A DNA stretch of 24,000 nt, from NCBI GenBank assembly GCA_048886645.1, contig JBHLKN010000016.1:5904-29903 (forward strand). The letters are read 5' to 3'. Each line of letters begins with the position of its first letter. Within the stretch, counting starts at the first letter, position 1. This document shows positions 1 through 8,801 of the stretch, in pieces. Under the pieces are notes generated by a model. That model searched no databases. It saw only the letters and a list, made by a program, of their open reading frames with translations, and was not told the origin of the DNA. Source of the stretch: Candidatus Hodarchaeota archaeon (GTDB lineage Archaea; Asgardarchaeota; Wukongarchaeia; Wukongarchaeales; Wukongarchaeaceae). A program made the translations under genes and the position numbers.

Positions 1-240
1 CCATCTTCTAATCCTTAAAAACAGCTCTTGCTTGAACGTAAAGAAAAACGTGAGAAAGTACTTGTTGGGGATATAAAACATAGATTTTATTTAGAGCGTT
101 AAGCCTTCTAAGCTTCCAAAATTTCGTTTTTTGAACAAAAATTTGTTCTTTGAAAATCCTTTAATATTTTACAGTTTTTTATCCTTGTTTTTACATTTAA
201 CTACCTATCTTTTTACTTTCTTAAAATCGAAAAAAATTTA

Positions 241-300
241 AGCATTCTCACCTTTTTCGCTTCAAACATAAGCATTCTCACCTTTTTCGCTTCAAACATA
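241..300. repeat. Perfect 30-bp tandem duplication (agcattctcacctttttcgcttcaaacata x2) just upstream of the GAPDH gene
   Basis: Read directly: 241-270 and 271-300 are identical. Confidence 0.95.
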
Positions 301-332
301 AGTGAAAAAAATAATGTAAGAATGAATAGGAG

Positions 333-1379
333 TTGATGTTTTTGGTTGTTAAGGTTGGGATAAATGGGTTTGGTACCATTGGTAAACGTATTGCAGCTGC
401 TGTGAGTAAACAACCTGATATGACCCTGGTTGGGGTTACTAAGGCTAGTCCGGATTGGAAGGCGTGGTTTGCGAAAAGGTATAATTATCCTTTGTTTTTA
501 GCGGTTCCTGAAAAGATGGAGGATTTTAAAAAAGCCGGTATCGAAGTTGAGGGAACTGTTGAAGATTTAGTTGCAGAAGTCGATTTGATGGTCGATTGTT
601 CTCCTGACAAAATGGGCATAAAAAACAAGGAAGCTATTTATCTTCCCAAAAATATGAAAGCTATTTTTGAGGGCGGTGAAAAAGCTCCTGTTGCCGATGT
701 GTCTTTTGTTTCTATATGCAACTATGATGAAGGCGTAGGGAAAAACTATATTCGTTGCGTTTCTTGTAACACGACGGGTTTAGTGCGTTCACTTTACCAA
801 GTAGATCAGGCTTTCGGCATAGAAAGGGTAATAGCTACGATGGTTAGAAGGAGCGCAGATCCTCCGGAGATCAAAAAAGGCCCAATTAACGCGATAGTTG
901 TAGATCCTCCAACTTTACCATCTCATCATGGTCCTGATGTAAAAACCGTGATGCCCAATATAAACATCACAACTTTTGCAGTAAAAGTTCCTACGACAAT
1001 TTCTCACCTGCACTGCGTTACAGTGGATCTAAAAAATGAAGCTACAACTGAAGAAGTAATCGATATCTTTGCCAAATCTCCTAGAATAATCTTGGTTAGT
1101 GCAGAAAAAGGTATCAAAAGTACAGCAGAATTAATCGAATTTGCCAGGGATCTAGAAAGGCCCCGAAACGATCTCTATGAACTAGCTGTATGGCTTGAAA
1201 GCGTAAAAGTAGAAAACAAAACCCTCTACTTCTTCCAAGCAGTACACCAAGAAGCAATAGTTGTACCTAATAATATCGATGCATTACGAGCAATCACTGG
1301 TACAACAACTAAAGAAGAAAGTATATCCCTCACCAATAAAACATTAGAAATCCTAGAACCAGGAATCTATCCAACTTAA
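333..1379 (+). CDS. gap: Type II (archaeal) glyceraldehyde-3-phosphate dehydrogenase; TTG at 333 or ATG at 336 as start
   Basis: N-terminal KVGINGFGTIGKRIAAAV Rossmann motif, SCNTTGLVR active-site Cys motif and full length (~348 aa) match archaeal GAPDH. Confidence 0.95.
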   Translation: MMFLVVKVGINGFGTIGKRIAAAVSKQPDMTLVGVTKASPDWKAWFAKRYNYPLFLAVPEKMEDFKKAGIEVEGTVEDLVAEVDLMVDCSPDKMGIKNKEAIYLPKNMKAIFEGGEKAPVADVSFVSICNYDEGVGKNYIRCVSCNTTGLVRSLYQVDQAFGIERVIATMVRRSADPPEIKKGPINAIVVDPPTLPSHHGPDVKTVMPNINITTFAVKVPTTISHLHCVTVDLKNEATTEEVIDIFAKSPRIILVSAEKGIKSTAELIEFARDLERPRNDLYELAVWLESVKVENKTLYFFQAVHQEAIVVPNNIDALRAITGTTTKEESISLTNKTLEILEPGIYPT

Positions 1380-1651
1380 TCCCCCTCTTTATTATTTACT
1401 TTTTACCTATATTCCAAAAATTTTGGAGAATTCAAAAATCTTAAAATAGTTAACCAAACCAAATAATATATAAAATATATATAATATCAAGATTTAAACC
1501 TTGAAAAACAAATAATCATTTTGTAAAGTTAGAGTCATAAAACACGCTATATCATCTGTAAAAATACTCTATCATTAATATAACGTTTCACTTGTAACGT
1601 TTATTCACTTGTAAAAGGTTGGTTTAAAGTTTAGTAAAATGGGTCGGAAAA

Positions 1652-1670
1652 GGCGCCCGTTTTTTGCGCC
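1652..1670 (+). promoter_or_regulatory. Small GC-rich hairpin (GGCGC-N9-GCGCC) in the dnaG 5' leader, possibly a 5'UTR element
   Basis: Read directly: ggcgc 1652-1656 and gcgcc 1666-1670 are complementary. Function unknown. Confidence 0.3.
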
Positions 1671-1701
1671 TATTACTCATTTAAAAACGAAAAAATATTT
1701 C

Positions 1702-1707
1702 AGGAGG
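1702..1707 (+). promoter_or_regulatory. Shine-Dalgarno AGGAGG for the dnaG 5' ORF (ATG at 1718)
   Basis: aggagg lies 10 nt upstream of ATG 1718, whose ORF reads like a DnaG N-terminus. Confidence 0.8.
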
Positions 1708-1717
1708 ATTCATAATC

Positions 1718-3003
1718 ATGGGAAAAGATACAAGCTCAATAATGAGTGGTACTACTAAATATTTGATCCGTTCTCGGTTTGAAACTAACGGCATGTGTGA
1801 AAAATCTGATGTAGTTGGCGCTCTTTTTGGCCAAACCGAGACGTGGAACCTCACGATCGGGGTTAAACAGAGGGTCTTTTGGGCCCGGATTTAGAATTGC
1901 GTGAACTACAAAAATCGGGACGGATTGGTAGGATTCAAGTAGAGCTGAAAAGTGAAGGCGGAAAATGCTCCGGACAGATTGTAATTCCAAGCTCTTTAGA
2001 TAAAGTTGAGACAGCCATATTAGCTGGTGCTTTAGAAACAGTTGATCGCATAGGTCCTTGTGAAGCAACTGTTAGAGTTGAAAGGATAGAAGATGTTAGA
2101 GAAGCGAAAAGACGACGAGTAATCGATAGGGCTATTGACTTGATCCGAAACTGGGAGGAAGGAGAAAGTCAAAGTTACTCTGAACTTGCAGAAGAAGTTG
2201 TTAAATCGGTTCGAGGAAGCACTATCAAAAATTACGGTCGCAACGGACTTCCTGGCGGTCCTGATGTGGAAGAAGCTGACAGCATAATAATCGTTGAAGG
2301 AAGAGCGGACGTTGTTAATCTCTTAAAATACGGTATAAGAAACGCTGTAGCAGTAGAAGGCACGAGCATACCAAAGACAATCATCGAGCTATCCAAGTCA
2401 AAAACTGTAACCGCTTTTCTTGACGGTGATCGAGGCGGCGACCTTATTTTAGCCGAACTGTTACAAGTGGCAGATGTTGACTATGTATCAAGAGCTCCCC
2501 CAAGCAAAGAGGTTGAAGAACTTACAAGGAAAGAAGTGATTAAGGCTTTAAGAAACAAGGTACCGGTAGAGCAATTACCAGAAATTCCTCTACAAGCAAG
2601 AAAACCCCAGAAAAAGCATGAAAAGATGAAGATAACAGAAGAAAAAGCCGTAAAAGCTCCTCTGAAAAAGAAAGAAGGAGAAAGGACAGATCTACCCGGA
2701 CCATTAATCGATATTGTTGGGCAAATAGAAGGTACTGGTGAAAGCATTTTACTTGACGAAAACTTCAAAGAAATTTCAAGGATACCAGTAAGAGAATTAG
2801 TTGAAAAAATTCAAAATATAGAGAGAAAAATCCACGCTGTAATTTTTGATGGGGTCATAACACAGCGTATTGTTGACGTAGCTGCTGAAAAAGACATAAG
2901 TATCCTTGTAGGAGGCACAATAGGAGACGTTGTAAAGAAACCGCTCAAACTCCGATTATATTATGCTGATACACCGCCTAAAAGCTTTGAAGATCACGTA
3001 TAA
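1718..3003 (+). CDS. dnaG: Archaeal DnaG-like primase, split. N-terminal part 1718-1837 (or -1840), out-of-frame 32-nt insertion, rest in another frame to 3003. Predicted joined product ~417 aa
   Basis: From 1718: MGKDTSSIMSGTTKYLIRSRFETNGMCEKSDVVGALFGQTE. The other frame continues EGLLGPDLELRELQKSGRIGRIQVELK with TOPRIM motifs (IIIVEGRADVVNLLKYG, FLDGDRGGD). The two halves join precisely into the conserved archaeal DnaG sequence FGQTEGLLG. Confidence 0.9.
1838..1869 (+). other. Candidate 32-nt mRNA intron with relaxed BHB potential, or an equivalent 32-nt frameshifting insertion (placement ambiguous across the GAG direct repeat, up to 1841-1872)
   Basis: GAG direct repeats bound the segment (1838-1840 and 1870-1872). 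Pairings: CCAAA(1831-1835)/UUUGG(1878-1882); bulge CCG; AGAC(1839-1842)/GUCU(1874-1877); bulge AGAGG; inner hairpin AACCUC(1847-1852)/GGGGUU(1859-1864). Confidence 0.45.
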
Positions 3004-3018
3004 GATTAAACTCTTATT

Positions 3019-4179
3019 CTACAAATGAATAAGTTCACGGGGCGAATATGATAAAGGTCTACATTTTTCCCGAGTAATCACTACATTATCTTCTAATCTT
3101 ATGCCTCCAACCCCTTCTATGTAAAGCCCTGGTTCTACTGTTAACACCGAACCTGCTGGTATGGGGATTTTTGCATAAGGATCGCCTTCATTACTAAGCC
3201 TTGCTCCGACATCGTGGGTTTCTATACCAAGAGGATGTCCTAAAGCATGAATGAAAAACTTGTCAGCATCAAAACCGTGTTTTTTGAGAACTTCCCTCGC
3301 GATTTTATCTACTTCCATCCCCATTATTCCGGGTTTTAAAATTTCAATAGCCTCTTTTTTAGCGTTGTAAACCGCTTCATACATCTGCTCGAGCTTTTCA
3401 CCATCTTTTCGCCCTAGTTGGTACGTCCGCGTAATGTCTCCACAGTATCCATCCAACTTTACACCCATATCAATTAAAACTATGTCACCTTTGACTATTT
3501 TTTTCTTGCTTGTTTGATGATGGGGATAAGCGCTATTTAGACCTGAAGCAACTATTGTTTCAAAGGATGGTTCGCCCACTTTATCTATTTCGTAATTAAT
3601 CTTTGCTCCAACTTCTTTTTCAGTTACCCCCTCTTTAATGAATTCTGGCACTTTATTTTCAAATATTTCTATGGTGGCTTTTACTGCTTCTTCTATCTTT
3701 TTTATCTCTTTTGGGGTTTTTACACTTCTTAATTTTTCAAGAAAAGGAGCTGCAGACTCTAAAGAAACGTTTTCAAGAATTGTTTTCAAGCTTGTGAAAA
3801 TACCGACAGGCATCTTATCAAATCCCCCTTTCCCCTCAATAATTGAGTTTTCAACATAGTTTATAACAATTTTAGGAGTTTCACCAAGATCAGAAATCAT
3901 TTCCTTCAATTTTTCAGTAAACTTTTTCTCCCCACCATATTCTTCAACAACAAACCCTCTATCCCTCACCATTGCTCCTTCCATCCGAGTGATTAAAACC
4001 TTTACATCACCCTCTTTGGGAACAATTATCGCGTGAGTGGAATAAACACGAATGCCTAAAACAAAACGAGAATGAACATCCTCATTTTCACGAGTAACGA
4101 TTAACCAACTATCAAAACCAAACTCTTCAAGAAGACTTTGAGCCCGCTCTATTACCTCTAACTCTATATCTAACACCAA
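3019..4179 (-). CDS. pepQ: M24-family peptidase (Xaa-Pro aminopeptidase/dipeptidase)
   Basis: Pita-bread metallopeptidase motifs: VLIDMGVKLDGYCGDITRTY, HALGHPLGIETHD, VLTVEPGLYIEG, GGIRLEDNVVIT. Confidence 0.92.
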   Translation of the reverse strand: MVLDIELEVIERAQSLLEEFGFDSWLIVTRENEDVHSRFVLGIRVYSTHAIIVPKEGDVKVLITRMEGAMVRDRGFVVEEYGGEKKFTEKLKEMISDLGETPKIVINYVENSIIEGKGGFDKMPVGIFTSLKTILENVSLESAAPFLEKLRSVKTPKEIKKIEEAVKATIEIFENKVPEFIKEGVTEKEVGAKINYEIDKVGEPSFETIVASGLNSAYPHHQTSKKKIVKGDIVLIDMGVKLDGYCGDITRTYQLGRKDGEKLEQMYEAVYNAKKEAIEILKPGIMGMEVDKIAREVLKKHGFDADKFFIHALGHPLGIETHDVGARLSNEGDPYAKIPIPAGSVLTVEPGLYIEGVGGIRLEDNVVITREKCRPLSYSPRELIHL

Positions 4180-4191
4180 TAATACCTCCGG

Positions 4192-4929
4192 TCACCTGGA
4201 TAAAGGTAAGACAGGTAAAATATTGCTATTTAAAATTTTTTTAGAAGCTTTTAAAGTTCTTTTCGGAATTATACTTCTTTCTACTCCGCTCTTTTTATCT
4301 TCCAAGATTTTTAATGATTTTTCTAAATCTTTTAATGTGTCAATGTCAAGGGTCACGGAAGGATCATCATATTTTCTGAAGGGAACTTTTTCTAAGCGTG
4401 CTTTCTCCTGAAACGCTTTGAAGGATTTTCCACCAAAAACAGGCTCCATAACGTTACAAGGTTTGAACAAAACAGTAGATGTACCGCCATCGTTAGTGGG
4501 GCAAGCTACCACTACTCTTTTATAATTTTTCGCTATTTCCACCAGATCTCTGATATTTTTAATGTTAATAAGGGGTGTATCGCCCATGATAATAATAGAT
4601 TGAGTTGCAGACCTTTTTTTTGCTTCGTTTAATGCTTTCAAAACAGCAGAATTCAGATTCCTTCCATCATCTTTCAACGGCAAAAAATTCCTTTCCTTTG
4701 AAAGATCTAATAATTTATCGTCACTACTACAAACAATGATTAAATCCACAATAGATTGAGTAATAGAGCTTGATAACACGTCTAATATGTCGAGAAACAT
4801 CCCCATTATAAGTTCCTTTACAAGACTTTTATTTTCATACCCAAGCTCTACAGAAAGCCTGCTTTTACCACTATCAAGACTTCTAACCGCAACCGCCGCA
4901 ACTGTAATAGTCTTTTTTCCTGCAATCAA
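4192..4929 (-). CDS. cofC: 2-phospho-L-lactate guanylyltransferase (F420 biosynthesis)
   Basis: Nucleotidyltransferase-like VRSLDSGKSRLS, IIIMGDTPLI, NDGGTSTVLF, FGGKSF, DIDTLKDL; adjacent to cofD. Confidence 0.88.
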   Translation of the reverse strand: MIAGKKTITVAAVAVRSLDSGKSRLSVELGYENKSLVKELIMGMFLDILDVLSSSITQSIVDLIIVCSSDDKLLDLSKERNFLPLKDDGRNLNSAVLKALNEAKKRSATQSIIIMGDTPLINIKNIRDLVEIAKNYKRVVVACPTNDGGTSTVLFKPCNVMEPVFGGKSFKAFQEKARLEKVPFRKYDDPSVTLDIDTLKDLEKSLKILEDKKSGVERSIIPKRTLKASKKILNSNILPVLPLSR

Positions 4930-4939
4930 TCTAGAATCC

Positions 4940-5875
4940 TCACACTTTTAGCACTGTTTCTGCTAGTTCTTTTTTATCATCAAGCGTCTTCATTATAGTG
5001 TTTACCGAAACAACTTCAATACCAAGCTCTTTTTCAATCCTTTTAACCATATTTTTATCCCTTTCATCTATTATTAAGCAATCTAAAAAAGATTGATAAA
5101 CTTTAGCAACACCTAAGGGGGAAACTTCAAGGTTTAAAAACTGCATAAAAGTTCCAGCAGGACCGCTTAAAGGACTATCTCCTATGATTGGAGACACAGC
5201 AACCACCTTTGCCTTCGTTTTTTCTAAAACCTCCCTAATCTCTTTTACTGCCAATATTGGACCGATACTCGTCACAGGATTGCTTGGACCGATAACAATC
5301 TTTTCAGCACAATTAATTGCTTCTAAAACACCAGGAGCTGATTTAGCGATTTCTGCACCCTTAAAGTCAATATTTAAAACCTTTAAGGATCCTTTTTCAC
5401 GCACCCACCATTCCTGAAAATGCATCCATCCTTTTTCAGTTAAAATCCTTGTTTGGATACTTTGATTACTTGCAGGAAAAATAGAAACTCTCACATTTAA
5501 AATATCACAAATAAACTTACAAGCCTCGCTTAAACGAAACCCTTTTCGTAAAAGATAGGTGCGTAAGAAACAGAAAGAAAGGTCTTTATCTCCAAGTTTA
5601 AACCAAGAATCTTCACCAATCCTCTCAAGATATCGAATAAAGTTAAAAGTATCCCCTTTTATCCCCCACATTTTTTCTCCATCAACAATTCCGGCAATAG
5701 TATACGTAATAACGTCAAGATCAGGCGAAACATAAAGATCGTATATCTCGTAATCATCGCCTACATTACTAATAACCGAAACCTCTTCGGGGCTGATTAA
5801 AGGTAAAACACCTTGGAGTAACTTGGGCGTACCAGTACCGCCAGAAAGAAAAAGTATCATGATTTCTTTCATCAA
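4940..5875 (-). CDS. cofD: 2-phospho-L-lactate transferase (F420 biosynthesis)
   Basis: LSGGTGTPKLLQG, SNVGDDYEIYDLYVSPDLDVITYTIAG, WWVREKG, IGPSNPVTSIGPIL, SPIIGDSPLSGPAG. Confidence 0.95.
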   Translation of the reverse strand: MMKEIMILFLSGGTGTPKLLQGVLPLISPEEVSVISNVGDDYEIYDLYVSPDLDVITYTIAGIVDGEKMWGIKGDTFNFIRYLERIGEDSWFKLGDKDLSFCFLRTYLLRKGFRLSEACKFICDILNVRVSIFPASNQSIQTRILTEKGWMHFQEWWVREKGSLKVLNIDFKGAEIAKSAPGVLEAINCAEKIVIGPSNPVTSIGPILAVKEIREVLEKTKAKVVAVSPIIGDSPLSGPAGTFMQFLNLEVSPLGVAKVYQSFLDCLIIDERDKNMVKRIEKELGIEVVSVNTIMKTLDDKKELAETVLKV

Positions 5876-5879
5876 CCGC

Positions 5880-6455
5880 TCATTTTATAACGTAACGATA
5901 AGCTACTAAAACACCAGCAGTAGGGCTTTTTCTCGTAATCTTCACAACTTCCCCTGCACGCGCCCCTACAGCTCGAGCAACGGGGTCGCTCTCTTTTAGC
6001 ATAGATAACTGATTGACTTGGATTCCATACTCCTTGACTATTTTTTCCACTTCTTCTTTTGGAACTATTTCATGTTGTGGCACTAAATCATGAGCAAAAA
6101 TGTCAAAAAAGGCGTATTCGGCAGGTATAAGTTCAATATTCTCATTTCCTGAAACTTCCTTACGCGTATAGTGCGTATATTTACCCACAGTTAACAAAAA
6201 ACCATGGTCTATCTTTCTTTCTTCCATCGACTTTTGCAATTCCCTAACAAATTTAACACCAATCGTTTTAACCTTGGGCAGCCAAGCAACCACATTAATC
6301 TTCTGCCTTCCCTCTTTTTTCTCCCCTAAAATTTCGATCTTATCTCCCACATCTTCTGCGCTAACCGGGGTGTATCCTCTATTCCTAATAACAGCTTTGA
6401 TGCCCTCCACTAATCTCTCATAAACAGCTTTTTCATCAATAGAACTGATTGTCAC
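5880..6455 (-). CDS. RNA polymerase subunit H/Rpb5 with a eukaryote-like N-terminal domain (191 aa)
   Basis: C-terminus HDLVPQHEIVPKEEVEKIVKEYGIQVNQLSMLKESDPVARAVGARAGEVVKITRKSPTAGVLVAYRYVIK is canonical RpoH/Rpb5. The ~115-aa N-terminal extension (IRNRGYTPVSAEDV... KTIGVKFVRELQKSMEERKIDHGFLLTVGKYTHYTRKEV) resembles the Rpb5 jaw domain. Confidence 0.88.
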   Translation of the reverse strand: MTISSIDEKAVYERLVEGIKAVIRNRGYTPVSAEDVGDKIEILGEKKEGRQKINVVAWLPKVKTIGVKFVRELQKSMEERKIDHGFLLTVGKYTHYTRKEVSGNENIELIPAEYAFFDIFAHDLVPQHEIVPKEEVEKIVKEYGIQVNQLSMLKESDPVARAVGARAGEVVKITRKSPTAGVLVAYRYVIK

Positions 6456-6656
6456 CCTAAAAACACGCCCATGTAACGTACTTTGTTAGCGTTAAGATTT
6501 TAAAACTTAACCATTAAAATCCTTTATTAAACCTATACATATTTAAAGAAAACCCAACTACTAAAATAAAAGTTGGAGAAAGAAATCAGAAACCTATACC
6601 ATCATCTCAGCTTAAAAAGCTTTAAACAGTAATAAGCTTATGGAGCGCTATAAAAA

Positions 6657-8039
6657 ATGGGTTTTAAAAACAAAGCGGTTTTAACAACAGTCTTATTTCT
6701 CTTCATTATGTTTTCCACATCTTTTTCTCACTCATTATCTAAAATTGAATCTAATCCCACGGAAAGGGAATCAATTTCCGATACCACGATACCTGAACCC
6801 GAAGATATTAAGGTTCTTGTAAATTTTGCTGCAAACGTATCTCAATATATTAACAAAACATCTGCAAGCATATTTTTAGATATGTTAGAAAATGAAACCG
6901 GTTTCGATCTCACAGTTTGGGAGAATGAAACTGTTTTTAGGACAAGTTTTACATCCATTGATTTGCAATTTTATGACGTTTTTATTCTCTTTGTTCACTC
7001 CAATTTGACTTTTACAGAGAATGCAATTAATGCATTGAAAGACTTTGTTAAAGAAGGTAAAACCCTTATGATATGTCATGCTCCAGAAAGTACAAACACC
7101 ACGACCAATATCAACAATGTGATCCAATATTTTGGCTTCAAATTCCTTGAAAATGTAACAGTAATAGATCCAGTAAATTTTGAGGACACAAACACCTCAA
7201 TAATAGCCCCATTCTTCTTAGATCAAATCCCTCAAACCCATGTTTTAAACCAAGAAAACGCCTTCCTAATATACCGTGGCATACCCATAATCACCAACAG
7301 TTCCTTAATAAACTCCACGAAACTTGAAGTAGTTGATCATTATAACTTAACATGGGCAAACGTTACCGCTTTTGCTGATAAAAACAATAACTCAGTAAAA
7401 GATTCAGGAGATATTAATGGAACGGATGTAGTTTTAGGCGTTTGCGCTGAAACAGAAAATCAGGGAAGATTTATAGGAATAGGCTCTGTTGCAATGTTTA
7501 ACAACACCTATACAAATGCCACTGGCAATTTTAGCGCTTATGAAAACCTGATGTTTGCCAATGAAACGATAAAATGGCTTGCAAAACTTACGGGCTTAGT
7601 ACTTTATGAGGATATGACCACAGATAAAGAGAAGATAACTTATGGGGAGCAGGTGAATGTTTCTGTAATAATCGAAGACGAAAACATGGAAGAAATCGTA
7701 GCAATAAACGCAAGCATCATAGTACACAAAATCGCCACAATGAACATAACAATGTTAAATATTAGTAGAACGGGAAAACAGTTCCACGCTGCCTATAACT
7801 CCACAACTTTTGAGGAAGCTGGAACGGTAGAATTTTCGGCAAACAGTTCAAAGGTTCGCGGATACACAAACATCACAACATATCCATGGATCATAGTAGA
7901 CGTTTTCCCAAAAGAAACTCCTCGAACATCTTTAAACTCCACCGCTTTAATACTCATAACCATGGCTACAATAGTAACCCTTGCAGGTCTTGGAGCTTAT
8001 GCCTTTAGAATAGCCCGTCTAAAAAAGCGCGAAAAATAA
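6657..8039 (+). CDS. Secreted/type I membrane glycoprotein-like protein, GIFT/Rossmann-like, possible OST48/Wbp1-like oligosaccharyltransferase subunit
   Basis: Signal peptide-like N-terminus, many N-x-S/T sequons, C-terminal TM (ALILITMATIVTLAGLGAYAF) then RIARLKKREK. Segment order similar to OST48: KVLVNFA..., YDVFILF, ALKDFVKEGKTLMI, IYRGIP, GRFIGIGSVAMFNN, ENLMFANETIKWLAKLTGLV. Confidence 0.5.
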   Translation: MGFKNKAVLTTVLFLFIMFSTSFSHSLSKIESNPTERESISDTTIPEPEDIKVLVNFAANVSQYINKTSASIFLDMLENETGFDLTVWENETVFRTSFTSIDLQFYDVFILFVHSNLTFTENAINALKDFVKEGKTLMICHAPESTNTTTNINNVIQYFGFKFLENVTVIDPVNFEDTNTSIIAPFFLDQIPQTHVLNQENAFLIYRGIPIITNSSLINSTKLEVVDHYNLTWANVTAFADKNNNSVKDSGDINGTDVVLGVCAETENQGRFIGIGSVAMFNNTYTNATGNFSAYENLMFANETIKWLAKLTGLVLYEDMTTDKEKITYGEQVNVSVIIEDENMEEIVAINASIIVHKIATMNITMLNISRTGKQFHAAYNSTTFEEAGTVEFSANSSKVRGYTNITTYPWIIVDVFPKETPRTSLNSTALILITMATIVTLAGLGAYAFRIARLKKREK

Positions 8040-8092
8040 ATGGTATAACTCCAATATTATAATTTGTAAAAAAAGATGTTCGGTGAAGTCCT

Positions 8093-8800
8093 TTGAAAGA
8101 CGAGATAGAAATGATTGAAAAAGAAGCTGCAAGAAACCTACAAGTAGGGAGATGGAAGGATGCCGGTTCTGCTTTTGAATATTTAATGCGCGAAAAAATG
8201 AAAATAAACGATTTTGAGGGAGCATTAGAAAGCGCTGCAAAAGCTTTGTTTTGTTGGCAAAAATTAGGGGATATAACACGCAGTGCAAAGTTGCTAGAAG
8301 AAACCGGCATAATGAGTTTTAAACGCGCTGCAGAATTTTTTGAAATTATTGCTAAAGAAGATAAACTTGTCTTTGAAAGGGCAGCAAAGTGCTATGCAGC
8401 CATAGGCGACACAACAAGGATGAAAAAGAGCCTAAAAAAAGCCGTAAAAATGTTTTCTGAGAAATCCGAATCCCTTATAGAAAACAATAAGTGCGAAGAA
8501 GCACTAAGATGGTTGGAAGGCGCTATTCGCTGTTATAAAAAACTTGGAGATAAAGAAAACACTAAAAAATCCCTCACCCATAAAGCAGAATGCCATGAAA
8601 AACTTGCAAAAGAATTCCAAAAAAAGAAGGGAGTGGAGAACGAATATTTAGCAGCAAGAGAATATGAAAACGCTGCAAAAACATACAAAAAATTAAGAAA
8701 AAGAAAAAAAACAAACGAGATGCTAGAAAAAAGCAAAAAAGCAAAAGAAAAAGCAGAAAAAGAATATCAAGGGGAATTTGACCCCCTATCAACCCTTTAA
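8093..8800 (+). CDS. TPR/SNAP-like helical-repeat protein (TTG start)
   Basis: Repeated TPR-like helices: AARNLQVGRWKDAGSAFEYLMREK, EGALESAAKALFCWQKLGD, AIRCYKKLGDKEN, AAREYENAAKTYKKLRK. Confidence 0.6.
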   Translation: MKDEIEMIEKEAARNLQVGRWKDAGSAFEYLMREKMKINDFEGALESAAKALFCWQKLGDITRSAKLLEETGIMSFKRAAEFFEIIAKEDKLVFERAAKCYAAIGDTTRMKKSLKKAVKMFSEKSESLIENNKCEEALRWLEGAIRCYKKLGDKENTKKSLTHKAECHEKLAKEFQKKKGVENEYLAAREYENAAKTYKKLRKRKKTNEMLEKSKKAKEKAEKEYQGEFDPLSTL

Positions 8801-8801
8801 A

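Noticed and set aside
1400-1700. Possible structured RNA gene upstream of dnaG
   Set aside because: Only a 5-bp hairpin and short repeats (cacttgtaa) are visible; no C/D, H/ACA, tRNA, SRP or RNase P signatures that I could support.
1838-1872. Exact 35-nt intron 1838-1872 from a strict 3-nt/3-nt BHB reading
   Set aside because: It restores frame but deletes the highly conserved Glu of GQTEGLLG, and the strict second bulge leaves G1843/G1870 unpaired. The 32-nt version with a relaxed bulge fits the protein better.
1736-2068. 110-aa minus-strand ORF over the dnaG 5' region
   Set aside because: Antisense to clearly conserved DnaG sequence on both sides of the junction; no recognisable protein.
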